Shown one piece after another: positions 20,554 through 31,467 of a stretch of 64,000 nt of DNA. Under the pieces are notes generated by a model. That model made no database searches and was not told where the DNA came from. It was given only the letters and a program-made list of their open reading frames with translations. The stretch lies in the IMG/VR virus record IMGVR_UViG_3300033571_009404, positions 246,115 through 310,114 of that record, one strand, 5' to 3'. Position 1 is the first letter of the stretch, and every line of letters starts with the position of its first letter. Position numbers and translations under genes: made by a program.

Positions 20554-22119
20554 ATGCCTAAAGTATTTAAGACTCTGCCTGAGAAATACGAGTCGATCAC
20601 ACGCCCTATGGTCATCGGTATGGTCAAGGAAGTGATGAAGCGTACAGGCATTGATGCTTACACTGGCTTTCAGTTTTTAGGAACCGCCACTGAAGCAGCA
20701 CAAGCAGGTTCAATCTTAAATAACGACGATACGATCCAGACTCAGCAACGAGATCGTGTGTTCGTTAATATCCAAGAAGATTACTTCTCGGACCGCATGA
20801 GTTCTCAGGTACTGCATCGTCCTGAGAATGCATTCATCTTCTTAGATAGCGCATTAGAGACGTACATTAAGCCGGTGTACTCTTCGACCCATGTGCAAGT
20901 CACCATGACGTATCGGGCTCAAGACAAGCCTTCAGCTGAACGTTGGCGTGACAATCTGAAAACGAAGATGACAGACATGTGTGATACTAACCTTTACGAA
21001 GGTACGTATCACTACCCACTACCTTTAGAACTCATGGTCATCTTGGAAGAGATCTATGACCTGAGAGAAAAGCAAGGCGGTTATGGTGATAAGTTAGACG
21101 AGTACTTCATGAATCACGTGGATCCTCGTATGCGTATCGTTACTAACCAGGGCGGTAAGAACCCCTTAGTCGTTATGGCTGAGACCCAAGGTGAGATCGT
21201 GGGTCTTTGGGATTTCGATCGTACTCCACGTCAAATTGAAAAGACTGGTGATGGTGAAACCTTCTCTATTGAAGTTGGTTTTACTTTCAACTATGAACAA
21301 CCAGTGGGTTGCGACATGTCGTATCCCCTGATGATCCATAACCAGTTAATTCAATACCGTCCGACTTACGAAGAACGTCCATCTCGCGATATCGACAAGA
21401 AGAAGTCGTTTACATCGTCGGGTGAGTACTTCCGTGAATTCGAGTACGGGAAAGAACGTTACGTTCCATTGAAAGACCATGGGATTTTGATTCCACCATT
21501 TGATGAATTCATTCCAAATCAAGTGGTGAGTAATACCATGCGGTTGTTCAGTGTCCTCGTAGCCATCTCTCCAAGCAATAAGCGCGATTTAATGAATCTG
21601 AGGGACCTTCTCCCTCAGTATGAATTTAAACCGCGTATAGAGGCTCTATTGCGGTCTGAGGCACCTTGGATCCACATGCCGTACCGTTCCATCTTTAATA
21701 TCTCCCTTTATCGTTCAACTGAACTGCAATACTGGGATCAAGTAGAGATGGATGCGGACTTAAACATCCGCGCCACCAGTGACTTAGATATCCGTCAGTA
21801 CTATCATATTCGCTTGTCGATTATGTATGACCTGACTGCACTGAAGAAGGAAGACCGCGATCGTCTGAAGATTCATGGATGTGCATTAGCTGACATCATG
21901 GAAGAGTTGATGCCGTGGCGTCCCCGTCTTAAGACGATTGGTAACTGCTACGCACCCGCTACTGAGATCGATAGCGCAGCGCAAGATATCGACAAGCACG
22001 TCCGTGGCGTTTCAATCAATGGTGGTTGGCAATTCAACACTGTACAGACGCTCTACATTGAAGCAAACAAGGAGAAGGACAAAAATGCCAATCGTGAATC
22101 CAACCGACCAAGCACCTAA
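20554..22119 (+). CDS. Virion structural protein (phiKZ gp98-like, neck/tail)
   Basis: 521 aa; first gene of a coupled four-gene structural unit. Confidence 0.55.
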   Translation: MPKVFKTLPEKYESITRPMVIGMVKEVMKRTGIDAYTGFQFLGTATEAAQAGSILNNDDTIQTQQRDRVFVNIQEDYFSDRMSSQVLHRPENAFIFLDSALETYIKPVYSSTHVQVTMTYRAQDKPSAERWRDNLKTKMTDMCDTNLYEGTYHYPLPLELMVILEEIYDLREKQGGYGDKLDEYFMNHVDPRMRIVTNQGGKNPLVVMAETQGEIVGLWDFDRTPRQIEKTGDGETFSIEVGFTFNYEQPVGCDMSYPLMIHNQLIQYRPTYEERPSRDIDKKKSFTSSGEYFREFEYGKERYVPLKDHGILIPPFDEFIPNQVVSNTMRLFSVLVAISPSNKRDLMNLRDLLPQYEFKPRIEALLRSEAPWIHMPYRSIFNISLYRSTELQYWDQVEMDADLNIRATSDLDIRQYYHIRLSIMYDLTALKKEDRDRLKIHGCALADIMEELMPWRPRLKTIGNCYAPATEIDSAAQDIDKHVRGVSINGGWQFNTVQTLYIEANKEKDKNANRESNRPST

Positions 22120-23467
22120 GAAAGAAATTGAGGTGCCTGTTCAGATTGCGCCTGCAGAGTACAAAGGCGTAACTGTGGACACAGCTGTAGTGCCGATTCA
22201 CTCCTTGATCACTCACGTAGAAGGTCAACCGTGGACGGTAGACTACTATCAGAAAGTCAAGGATCAAGATACCGAGACGTCAGGACAGAACGTAACTCGT
22301 GAAGGTGCTTACGAGCAATACATCCGTATCAAGCATTTAGAGTTACGGGTGTCGCAAGCACTAGAGTCTCGTCAAGAAGCAGAATCCAAGCAGTGGGAGA
22401 TCGTCGGGGCAGCCAATAGCTATCCTGGTATCATTCCTTCGCAAGGTGATATGCTGATTGCTGATGTGGGCGATGGTCGTGAAGGGGTGTTTAAAGTTAA
22501 GACATCGCAACGGATGTCGATTCTGAAAGCACCAACTTACCAGATCACCTACGAGATGTCGGGTTTCTCTGACGACCACATCTTAGGAGAAGACTCCTAC
22601 ACACGTATCGAGGATCTGAACAGCAAAGTCATCAAGACCGTCTTCTTTGTGAAGGACTACATCCAACGTGGATTGAATCCCATCATTGAAGAAGAAGACT
22701 ACTACAACGTGGCGAAGTTAGCCCGTGCGTATGAAGACATGGTTAAGGACTACTACCGTAGTTTCTACAGCCCTCGTTACAGTACGCTACTGCCACCTGG
22801 TCAAGATGTCCCGATCTACGATGCATTCATGTTGCAAGCATTGCGTCAGATGTTTGAAACACGTGAAGCAGCTGAGATCATGAAGATCAAGAACTTGAAC
22901 ACTATGGGTGATCAAGTCATGCAAACGCAAACCATCTGGGATGCGTTATTGCAACGTGAAGGTCGCATCATCGACTATTGCGCGCAGCGCTTTGGTTTGA
23001 ACACTCTGTCGTCGTTCCGCAGTCAAGGGATGTTTGAAGGGATCTACTACTCCGGTATCGTCTATGTGGTGTATCCGCGTAATCCGGAGTTATCCATTGA
23101 TGATGCAATGGATAGGAAGAATGTGATTCTCTTAGACAAGAAGTTACAACGTAGCGCATCGAGAGCACTTACCATGCGTAACGGTATTCCTCTACCTGTT
23201 CTGGATGGCCTGCCTAGTGTGGATCCGATCCTGTTTAAGCCGGTGGATGACGACTACTACATCTTCAGTAAAGCGTTCTATGAACGCGACAAGGGTAACT
23301 ATTCTGCACTAGAAGCGATGGTGTGGAGTTATCTGGAAGGTAAAGCACTGTCGGTGAAGTGGTTGATTGAACTCTACGAGAACTATCGCGGTATGGGTGG
23401 TCTCGAACGGTTCTACTACACGCCGATCATCCTGTTCCTGATGAAAGCTTGTTTACGGAGTATCTAA
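22085..23467 (+). CDS. Virion structural protein (phiKZ gp99-like)
   Basis: SD AGGAG before ATG 22085 (MPIVNP); the track start at 21938 is a likely over-extension. Confidence 0.6.
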   Translation: MPIVNPTDQAPKKEIEVPVQIAPAEYKGVTVDTAVVPIHSLITHVEGQPWTVDYYQKVKDQDTETSGQNVTREGAYEQYIRIKHLELRVSQALESRQEAESKQWEIVGAANSYPGIIPSQGDMLIADVGDGREGVFKVKTSQRMSILKAPTYQITYEMSGFSDDHILGEDSYTRIEDLNSKVIKTVFFVKDYIQRGLNPIIEEEDYYNVAKLARAYEDMVKDYYRSFYSPRYSTLLPPGQDVPIYDAFMLQALRQMFETREAAEIMKIKNLNTMGDQVMQTQTIWDALLQREGRIIDYCAQRFGLNTLSSFRSQGMFEGIYYSGIVYVVYPRNPELSIDDAMDRKNVILLDKKLQRSASRALTMRNGIPLPVLDGLPSVDPILFKPVDDDYYIFSKAFYERDKGNYSALEAMVWSYLEGKALSVKWLIELYENYRGMGGLERFYYTPIILFLMKACLRSI

Positions 23468-23468
23468 C

Positions 23469-24071
23469 ATGTTTAACCAACGCGTCGATAGAATCGAAGA
23501 CACTGCGACGTGGAAGATCTGGAATAAGCGCTGGCAATGTAATGTGAAGCGTATCGACTTGATCCCTGAACAAGAACTCAGGACTCGCGGTACCTTCACT
23601 TACGGGAACCCTATGCAAGACCGAGATATGATCAATGAATGGGTCTTGACATACCAGTCAATTAATGAAATGGTTGAACTCTACCGTCGTGGTGTGGTCA
23701 TCCGTTTTCCTAAGCGCAAGGAAGCAATTACGATTTATGAGTTAGTCAACGAACACTTACTCCTTTGGATCGACTACTTGAAGTGGAGTGGTATGTACAA
23801 TGCCCCCTACAATGATTTGGTCGAGATGGACGAGTTCGCTTGTGACTTACACGCTCAGGTGAAGTTCGATCTGAAGAACTCCATTGATAAGTCTATCTTC
23901 CAAGAACGCATCAGCGCCATTACGGAGTTTAGCCGTAATCGCTTAATAGCTCGTTCCAGAACCAACCAAGGTCGTGTCCTCACCGATGAGGAATTAGAGC
24001 AGATCTATCCTAAGCGGGATAGTCTCGCATTTTTGATCAGGAAACTACAGGCTGAAGGAGGCATGTACTGA
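23469..24071 (+). CDS. Conserved hypothetical/virion protein (phiKZ gp100-like position)
   Basis: Coupled ORF, 200 aa. Confidence 0.55.
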   Translation: MFNQRVDRIEDTATWKIWNKRWQCNVKRIDLIPEQELRTRGTFTYGNPMQDRDMINEWVLTYQSINEMVELYRRGVVIRFPKRKEAITIYELVNEHLLLWIDYLKWSGMYNAPYNDLVEMDEFACDLHAQVKFDLKNSIDKSIFQERISAITEFSRNRLIARSRTNQGRVLTDEELEQIYPKRDSLAFLIRKLQAEGGMY

Positions 24072-25423
24072 TGAATATCATGGATACCTCGTTAGGTCTC
24101 ACGATCCAACGTGTGATGAAGAATCCAACACGTTCTAGCTTCACCTGGTCAGCCATCGTCCATGCAGGTGGTCGTGACATTCCAGCGATCAAAGTGATGA
24201 ACCACGATGATAACTGTGACTACTTCGCTAACGTGGCTGATGAGACCATGTTGACGTTAACGTTGCAACCATCGTTATTCTTCAAGTACATCTACCCCAA
24301 TCAAGAAGCCATTGAAGTCACCGTGGTGAAAACACCATTGGGTGAACGTGGTTTGATTGATCCAACAGGTACGCACCAGTCTGAACGCTATGTAGCTACT
24401 TACATCGACCGGGGTAATCCGATTGTGCAAGGCACTACAGCAAATGATCCTGGTGACGCTGCAACTGACTTGGGTGACTTCGTTGAGATTGAGTTCCAGT
24501 TAATTAACTTAGCTGTCGCTCGCATGCGTCTGTTACCAACAGGTGGTGTTTATCGCAAGATGACGCCGGGTGATGCATTACGTGCACTGCTGGATACTTA
24601 CTCCAAACAAATCAAAGTAGACAAACTCCGCTTACCGCAAGGTGTAGAGATGTCTCCTCCCAATAACACCAAAGTGCGTGAGCAAATGGTGATACCTCAT
24701 GGGACGATGCTCTTGGATGTGCCGCGTATTTTCCAAGAGCAGTTTGGTATCTATTCAGCTGGGTTCAGTTATTACTACTGCAAAGATCGCTGGTATGTCT
24801 GGCCCTGCTATGATGTCAAGCGTGAAAACATCCAGACCATGAAAGGTTTGGTGATTGCAATTCCACCCAATCGGTTCCCTGAAGCTGATCGTACCTTCCA
24901 AGCAAGTGGTAGTCTCTTAACCATTTTAGCAACAGGAGACAAAGACTTCAGTGATGACAGTAACACCTTACGGGCAAACCAAGGTAACGGTGTACGCTTT
25001 GCATCAGCAGCTAACGTCATGGATGGATCCATGGTGCAGTCCAATGATAACAAGGCTTACTTATCACGTGGACTGAACAACACAGAAACCATTTCCACAC
25101 GCAACGACAGCGATTATGACAATGTTTTAGTCTCTCCAACTCGGGTGACGTCTAACCCGTATTTGGAGTTATCAAAGATGGCGGGTCGTGAAGGTTCTAC
25201 GATGTCGTTTGTCTGGGATAATTCTGATCCGTCGTATTTGTATCCGGGTATGCCATTCACCTGTTACTATCTGGATAAAGGTAACATCAAGTCATTGCAA
25301 GGTATTCTTGTGAAACATCAAAGCGCAACGCGTCTTAACGGTTTGGGTATGACGGAATTGCGTTACAAGACCGCTACTGTAGTGACGTTGTATGTCAACC
25401 GTAATCTGGAGAGTACATCATGA
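24071..25423 (+). CDS. Putative baseplate hub/tail protein (phiKZ gp101-like)
   Basis: 450 aa, beta-rich; ends with an OB-like LYPGMP..G.L segment typical of hub proteins; position. Confidence 0.55.
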   Translation: MNIMDTSLGLTIQRVMKNPTRSSFTWSAIVHAGGRDIPAIKVMNHDDNCDYFANVADETMLTLTLQPSLFFKYIYPNQEAIEVTVVKTPLGERGLIDPTGTHQSERYVATYIDRGNPIVQGTTANDPGDAATDLGDFVEIEFQLINLAVARMRLLPTGGVYRKMTPGDALRALLDTYSKQIKVDKLRLPQGVEMSPPNNTKVREQMVIPHGTMLLDVPRIFQEQFGIYSAGFSYYYCKDRWYVWPCYDVKRENIQTMKGLVIAIPPNRFPEADRTFQASGSLLTILATGDKDFSDDSNTLRANQGNGVRFASAANVMDGSMVQSNDNKAYLSRGLNNTETISTRNDSDYDNVLVSPTRVTSNPYLELSKMAGREGSTMSFVWDNSDPSYLYPGMPFTCYYLDKGNIKSLQGILVKHQSATRLNGLGMTELRYKTATVVTLYVNRNLESTS

Positions 25424-25785
25424 ATCGTGAACTGATATTGGATCTGATGCAGCAACGGAAGAATTTCAACGAGAAGATGGATAAGCAGTTGTTGGATGCG
25501 ATGGGGATTCCTACCAATCCAGCTGTGCGTATTGGCTTGTCGTTTGATGCTGAGGGTATGGGTAAGGATGAACAATTCTCGCACATCCCTTCAACAGAAC
25601 CGTTACCAACTCCTGGTATTTATTGCTTGAATGGGGAGGCAGGTCCTTACACGTTTCAAGTAGAAGTGATGGAAGTTCAAGGTTCAGAGATCATGTGTAT
25701 TTACGACATCATGGGTGAGTCTGTGCCGTTTCGTTTGCCAGTGAAAGTCTTCAATAAACTCTTTGTGAGTTTCGATGATTTTTAG
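25420..25785 (+). CDS. Hypothetical protein
   Basis: Overlaps the previous stop codon; followed by a hairpin terminator. Confidence 0.6.
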   Translation: MNRELILDLMQQRKNFNEKMDKQLLDAMGIPTNPAVRIGLSFDAEGMGKDEQFSHIPSTEPLPTPGIYCLNGEAGPYTFQVEVMEVQGSEIMCIYDIMGESVPFRLPVKVFNKLFVSFDDF

Positions 25786-25911
25786 TAGTAAACCCAAGGG
25801 GAGAGAGCGATCTCTCCCTTTATGCCGTTACTAATATTTCCTGAAAGAAATAGTAATAATTATTGGAAATACTATGTTGTATTCCCCGCGTACGTTCATA
25901 GAGAGCTTTTC

Positions 25912-26448
25912 ATGGATATTGAAAAACCGTACGGAGGACTCAGTAACGATCGACTTACCGCTCTCATCAACAGAGATAATCAGAAGACTTTAGTCGAAGG
26001 TGTTGACTTTACATTTGGTACTCCAAGTGACTATTCTGATAGTCAAGGACGTAACACCCAAGTCACAATCACACCTGTGCCCGGTAAGAAATACAAGGGT
26101 CCTGCAGATCTTCACTATAAGCGATTACCTCTGTTGGTACTTGATGATTTGTCCTCTGGCTATATTGTCAAAGTACAAATACCTGGACTTCCCTTTTCCA
26201 TCCATGGAATGTTAAGCGCTATTAATACGGCGTTGGGACTTAACCTCATCGAAGACGAGGTCCAGGATGTAGAGTACACTGAGAAGTTAGCTGAGTACCC
26301 CTTAAGAATTAATCAAGGAATCTCCCTTGCATGGGTAGATTCCGAGTACCAATTTAAAGTGCATCACATTGGAGACGATGTTTTACTCTCTGATGCGATT
26401 GTCTTTAATGTTCTGGACGGGTTGGAATTTGTCCAGTTATCTGAGTAA
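25912..26448 (+). CDS. Tail fibre/tail-tip attachment-domain paralog
   Basis: Family motif LIN..N..L..FG.P..RNT.V...YKG...L.Y.RL; start moved to ATG 25912 because 25822 lies at the edge of a terminator. Confidence 0.7.
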   Translation: MDIEKPYGGLSNDRLTALINRDNQKTLVEGVDFTFGTPSDYSDSQGRNTQVTITPVPGKKYKGPADLHYKRLPLLVLDDLSSGYIVKVQIPGLPFSIHGMLSAINTALGLNLIEDEVQDVEYTEKLAEYPLRINQGISLAWVDSEYQFKVHHIGDDVLLSDAIVFNVLDGLEFVQLSE

Positions 26449-26516
26449 GTAATTACTCAATTTTATGCAGTACTGCATGTAGTCCACTCAACCTGTCATC
26501 TCCTATAGGAAGCATC

Positions 26517-27041
26517 ATGGCAACTGATTTCACCAAAGCCCCCAAACAGATTATCCTTGATCTGATCAATGAGAAGAACCCGTCGCTGGGCCTGACCGAA
26601 GAACTGGTCACGTTTGGCGCGCCTGCCGTCTATTCGGGCGCCGAGAACCGCAACACCAAGCTGACCCTGGCTGCTGTTGAGCCGTCGTCCGGCTACTCCG
26701 GTTCGCGCGACATCTTCTACAACCGCGTCGACATCTCCGTCGTTCCCGGTACCCGTTCGAAGGTGTTTTCGCTGGGCAATGCCGTCAACATCAGCGACCT
26801 GATCCCCGAGATCAACGCTCGTTACGGCATCAACCTGACCGCCGACGACTACACCGACGCTGCTCTGCCGACCTTCACTGATCAAGTGCCTGGCGAAGAA
26901 AAAGACTTCACCATCACCATCACTGCTGGCTCGCTGGTGTGGACCAACTCGGTCACCCTGCAACTGCAACGCAACGACATCCCGCTGGAAGACGCTATCG
27001 CCGAGAACATCCTCGACGGTCTGGTCTGGACCCCGGTCTAA
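26517..27041 (+). CDS. Tail fibre/tail-tip attachment-domain paralog (abundant)
   Basis: Same N-terminal motif; very strong codon bias. Confidence 0.75.
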   Translation: MATDFTKAPKQIILDLINEKNPSLGLTEELVTFGAPAVYSGAENRNTKLTLAAVEPSSGYSGSRDIFYNRVDISVVPGTRSKVFSLGNAVNISDLIPEINARYGINLTADDYTDAALPTFTDQVPGEEKDFTITITAGSLVWTNSVTLQLQRNDIPLEDAIAENILDGLVWTPV

Positions 27042-27081
27042 TCTGGGATTTGCCCAGCAATGGGCATCTAATGACCCCGAG

Positions 27082-27118
27082 AAAGGAGGAGGCGGAAACG
27101 CTTCCTCCTTTTTTATTT
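27082..27118 (+). terminator. Intrinsic terminator
   Basis: AAAGGAGGAGGCG GAAA CGCTTCCTCCTTT followed by a T run. Confidence 0.8.
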
Positions 27119-27136
27119 CATAATTGAGGTTTTAGA

Positions 27137-27940
27137 ATGTCCCTACTCTCGATGGTGGCTCGTGAGAAGTTGTTCTCACTGATTAATAGCGTGAACCCAA
27201 CTCTCCCCGAACCCTTGACGGAAGAGAGTTTGTATTTCGGTAAACCTAAGTTGGACCTGAGTGGTAAAACCCTGCTCCCATGTGTAGCTGTCTTAGGCAG
27301 CGGCTATGAAGGGTACGTCACGTTCGACTATCAACGCATCAACCTGTCTACTGCTTACGGTGATATCGTACCGGAAGTCGCTATGGTGGGCGCAACCACC
27401 CTGCACGACATGCTGCCTTTAGTCAATCAAATCTTCGGTCTGGATTTGACTAAAGAAGACGTACAAGACGTCGACATCACAGCTGTGTCTGCTGGCAGTC
27501 AAGTATTCATTCGTGTGGCTGCTACTGCTGTATCGCCAGGCTATACTGGCTATTTCACATTTAAGTTCACCCGCTTGCGTCCGCAGTTCTCTGTGGTGAT
27601 CGCAGCTGTTGGACTGAACACTTTAAAGCATTACAAAGATCCCGCCGATGGATTGAAGTCGTTAGAAATGCAAATGTACGATTTTGATTTTACACCGTAC
27701 AAACCATACTTAGCGACCAACTATGGACAATGGCGCAACATTGCTGGCTTACGTGACGTCCTGCAAAGCTATGGCTTCTCCTCTTGGCCTCAAGCAGTGT
27801 TGTTCACATTAACCGGTGGGTCGACCAAGAACTATCCTTACGCAAATCAGAAGTACGATAACGTCATTGTGCAAACCAATGTGACGATTGATGGCTTCAA
27901 GGGTATTGGGTTGTTCCATTTCAATAACGTCTTAGCTTAG
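27137..27940 (+). CDS. Tail fibre/tail-tip paralog (N-terminal attachment plus C-terminal domain)
   Basis: Family motifs, including the C-terminal Y.NV.......G...HFN. Confidence 0.7.
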   Translation: MSLLSMVAREKLFSLINSVNPTLPEPLTEESLYFGKPKLDLSGKTLLPCVAVLGSGYEGYVTFDYQRINLSTAYGDIVPEVAMVGATTLHDMLPLVNQIFGLDLTKEDVQDVDITAVSAGSQVFIRVAATAVSPGYTGYFTFKFTRLRPQFSVVIAAVGLNTLKHYKDPADGLKSLEMQMYDFDFTPYKPYLATNYGQWRNIAGLRDVLQSYGFSSWPQAVLFTLTGGSTKNYPYANQKYDNVIVQTNVTIDGFKGIGLFHFNNVLA

Positions 27941-27948
27941 GATTTGCA

Positions 27949-28782
27949 ATGGCTCTCTATAAAGACCCCAAGCAGGCCATTCTTGATGCGATGTCGGCTC
28001 AGAATGGCGTATCGTTGGTGGCGAACCAGTACACGTTTGGTGTCCCTGCTGAGCTGTCGCCTGCTGAAGGACTCCTGAACACCACGATCGAAGTGACTGC
28101 AGTCTATCCGAATAGTCCATACGACGGTTCGGTGACAGTCAAGTATCATCGACTGCCGTTGTCTGATCTGAATGTTCTGATTCCACTGACGATCAAAGTC
28201 AATGGCGTAACGACTATCGCTGATCTGATCCCAGTACTGAATGCTGCGCACGGTTTCAACTTCACCTCTGATGATCTGGAAGATGGTAATCTGGATCTTC
28301 AAGACGGACAAGGTACTGCTACTCTGGTTGCCAAATCCACCAGTTTAGGTTGGGTTGGTAGCGTAGTCTTAAATATTGCTCCTGGTGATATTGACATCAA
28401 GACTTATGTATCTGTAACGTCTTTGCCTGGTCTTCTGTACCCGGCTCAGGACAACAGTAAACCATTCGGGTTGATGTATTCTTACTGGCGTGATTTCTCT
28501 GCACAGTACGATGCCATATCAGTAATTCCAACTGGTACTGATGGCTTAGCTGCATTGAAAGATGTGCTGGCTGCTATTACCGGCGATAACTGGATTACTG
28601 ATGCGATCGGTCGCTACAGTCTGTTGGGCGCGACTGTTGCGTATAACGGTTCAATCAATGGCAGTCCTGATTACAACTCGAATTATGAGAGTGTGTTGGT
28701 GGTACAGTTGCATCCTACCAATTGTCAAGGTCTGTCGGGTAAATTGGTCTGCCACTATACTCAGCCTAATTTCAACGCTTAA
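27949..28782 (+). CDS. Tail fibre/tail-tip paralog
   Basis: Family motifs; ends LSGKLVCHY. Confidence 0.7.
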   Translation: MALYKDPKQAILDAMSAQNGVSLVANQYTFGVPAELSPAEGLLNTTIEVTAVYPNSPYDGSVTVKYHRLPLSDLNVLIPLTIKVNGVTTIADLIPVLNAAHGFNFTSDDLEDGNLDLQDGQGTATLVAKSTSLGWVGSVVLNIAPGDIDIKTYVSVTSLPGLLYPAQDNSKPFGLMYSYWRDFSAQYDAISVIPTGTDGLAALKDVLAAITGDNWITDAIGRYSLLGATVAYNGSINGSPDYNSNYESVLVVQLHPTNCQGLSGKLVCHYTQPNFNA

Positions 28783-28793
28783 GGGGGTAGATC

Positions 28794-29582
28794 ATGTCAA
28801 GTGCTGATCGGCTGATTATCATCTTAAACGATGAGCAGCAACCTCCGAAAGAGTTCACCAGTCGTAACCTGTTATTCGATGTCCCTGTTGTAGACACTCC
28901 ACCAGAAGAACAAACTGGTAAGTGGAATACGAAGTTGACATTAGAAGGTGTACCAGGTCGTGGTTATTATGGTCCGGCTGATATTTACTATCGTCGTGTT
29001 CCCATGAGTGATCTAGGGGCAGTGGAAATTCGTTCGACCAGTGGCTTCACTGATGAACAAATCGTCAGCATGATCAACAACATGTTGGGTGCTTCGATTG
29101 ATCCATCTGAACTTGAACCGATTGACATCCCCGATATTGCTTTGGACGAATCCAAAGTGATCACGATCACAGCCAAACCTGAATCTTTAGGTTGGTATGG
29201 TTCGACAACGATGACCCTGACCTATGGTCGTCCTTACTTCAACTCGATCATTGCAGATCGTCTGTTAAGCGTATTGACCCACGGTATTGCCAACGTCAAT
29301 GGTTTACCCTACGCTAAAGATCTGTCCTATGAATTCGACTTCACTTCCATGCGTGACGCATTCGCTAAGAATCCTTCTGGGTTCATGACCGATCCTGCGA
29401 CCTTGATTGCGAAGACCATTGAATTAGGATTCCCAGGTTGGAATGCTGGACGTGTACGAGATTACCCAACATCTCAAATCACTGATGCGAACAAGAACTT
29501 TGACCGGGTTGCGATTGTTGACCTTAACAGTGGTGGGATGATCGGTCCGATCTATCTCCACTACAAACTTTTCGATGAGTGA
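28794..29582 (+). CDS. Tail fibre/tail-tip paralog
   Basis: Family motifs; ends GPIYLHY. Confidence 0.7.
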   Translation: MSSADRLIIILNDEQQPPKEFTSRNLLFDVPVVDTPPEEQTGKWNTKLTLEGVPGRGYYGPADIYYRRVPMSDLGAVEIRSTSGFTDEQIVSMINNMLGASIDPSELEPIDIPDIALDESKVITITAKPESLGWYGSTTMTLTYGRPYFNSIIADRLLSVLTHGIANVNGLPYAKDLSYEFDFTSMRDAFAKNPSGFMTDPATLIAKTIELGFPGWNAGRVRDYPTSQITDANKNFDRVAIVDLNSGGMIGPIYLHYKLFDE

Positions 29583-30508
29583 TAGAAATGCCTCTTTATT
29601 CGAAACCATCTGAACAACTGGTCTACGACCTGATCAATCACGATAATCCGGGATTGGGTCAGCCAGTTTCGGCAAGCAATACATTACTGGGTGCGCCTAC
29701 TGCATATTCTCCTGGTAGTGGTATTGCCAATACTCAAATCCGACTGTCAGCATTGGCTAACAGTTTTTACATCGGTAGTAAGGTTCTGTCTTATCGCCGT
29801 ATCGTCATCTCTGACCTGTTTAAAGGTCGCAGCATTGAGATCAAGAAATACTCAGCAGCTGCATCGAACGTTTCTCCGTACTCGCTGTATCAGTTGATTG
29901 GTGATATCAATATTCAGACTGGTTTGACACTGACCACTGATGATTTCAACGATGCCAACTTCCCAGCTGCTACCGACAACGTCTATCCTGAACGTACTTG
30001 CAAAGCAACACTGACATTCAAATCGACGTGTAAGGCTTTCCAAGGATCGATTGACATTCGTTGGCGTTACGATGAACCGTATCTGTCTAACATCGCTCCC
30101 AACGGTGATGTGGATGGTCGTCTATATCCAGGTGGTAATGACTTCAGCAACGGTACTAAGTATCGTGTCGGTTCTGAATCCTTCGGTGGTGACTTCAGCG
30201 CTCAAGCTGCTAACCTGAACAGTGCGGCATTTGCAGGTAGCGTGGCAATTGGTAACGCCAGTTATACGGCGCAACAACAAGCCGTTGTTGATCTGTTAAA
30301 TCAGATCACTGGTAAGACTTACACGATCAATTCGGCCAATCAGAATCAACCCTACGGTTTGTATGGTGCTATTTGCACTCGCTACAGCATCCCGAATGCT
30401 GCGGTTCCTGAAGCCAACAGTGATTACTTCAACACCGTCGTGTTGATCACCCTTCCGGATACCAATACCTGGGGTGTGGGTAAACTGATGCTGCACTACA
30501 ACACCTAA
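29579..30508 (+). CDS. Tail fibre/tail-tip paralog (likely start 29588)
   Basis: Family motifs; shares DGRLYPGGNDF with two other paralogs; ends GKLMLHYN. Confidence 0.7.
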   Translation: MIEMPLYSKPSEQLVYDLINHDNPGLGQPVSASNTLLGAPTAYSPGSGIANTQIRLSALANSFYIGSKVLSYRRIVISDLFKGRSIEIKKYSAAASNVSPYSLYQLIGDINIQTGLTLTTDDFNDANFPAATDNVYPERTCKATLTFKSTCKAFQGSIDIRWRYDEPYLSNIAPNGDVDGRLYPGGNDFSNGTKYRVGSESFGGDFSAQAANLNSAAFAGSVAIGNASYTAQQQAVVDLLNQITGKTYTINSANQNQPYGLYGAICTRYSIPNAAVPEANSDYFNTVVLITLPDTNTWGVGKLMLHYNT

Positions 30509-30518
30509 GGATTGAACG

Positions 30519-31460
30519 ATGCCTATCTACTCGAAAGATTCCAAGGGCCTGCTCCTTGATCTGGTACGCCAGAGCAACCAGAGCTTGCCCGCAGAGCTTT
30601 CGGCAGACGAGTTCAATCTTTCCGCACCGGTCTTAACATCGACATCGTCATTTGCTAAGACTAATACGGAAATCTGGCTCTTTCCGAAAGCAACGGGAAG
30701 ATTCAAAGGAAACATCAAGGTCGCTTATTTCCGACTGAAGTTAGATACGTTGTTTCGTTCGAACACTCCAGTTATCTGGAAGTATACGGATAAAGCTGCG
30801 AATCAGTCGCCGTTTACGATCTATCAGTTGTTGCCGTACTTGAATGAAATCTACGGTACGAACTTAACTACTGATGATGTTTACGATGCATCTCTTCCCG
30901 TAGGTGACACAACAACTACGGGTTACATCGGTATTCGCACCAGCGCAGTCATAGTCCGTGCAAAGGAGAGTTCGGTTGGTTATACCGGTACTTTCACTTT
31001 GCGCTGGGCATACACTAAGTTGACGCTTAACGATGTGGCTCCTCTTGCTGAAACGGATGGGCGTGTGTATCCTGGTGGTAATGATTTTGCAAACAATCAT
31101 GCCTACGTATTGAACTCGGTATCCCGTGGTATCCCGTTCGATAGCATGTCATCGCATTTGTTGAAGGCCGGTGCTTTCGACGGTACGACGACCCTAGGTA
31201 CTCCTGCTCAACTTGCTGAACAGCAGCCTGTGATTGACTATCTGAATAGCATTGCAGGTACAGCATTCACCATTGATCAAGCTGATGCTGATACACCGTT
31301 TAGTTTGTATGGAGCAACCACTCAGCTGCTGACGTTGCCTGCTGCGGCATACCCGCAAGCGGACTCGGAGTACTTTACCAATGCAGTGGTGATCACTCCA
31401 AGTGCATCGCATCCTCTTGCCAACGTGGTTGGTGAGATGATCCTCCACTTCAATACCTGA
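30519..31460 (+). CDS. Tail fibre/tail-tip paralog
   Basis: DGRVYPGGNDF; ends GEMILHFN. Confidence 0.7.
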   Translation: MPIYSKDSKGLLLDLVRQSNQSLPAELSADEFNLSAPVLTSTSSFAKTNTEIWLFPKATGRFKGNIKVAYFRLKLDTLFRSNTPVIWKYTDKAANQSPFTIYQLLPYLNEIYGTNLTTDDVYDASLPVGDTTTTGYIGIRTSAVIVRAKESSVGYTGTFTLRWAYTKLTLNDVAPLAETDGRVYPGGNDFANNHAYVLNSVSRGIPFDSMSSHLLKAGAFDGTTTLGTPAQLAEQQPVIDYLNSIAGTAFTIDQADADTPFSLYGATTQLLTLPAAAYPQADSEYFTNAVVITPSASHPLANVVGEMILHFNT

Positions 31461-31467
31461 GGTCGAT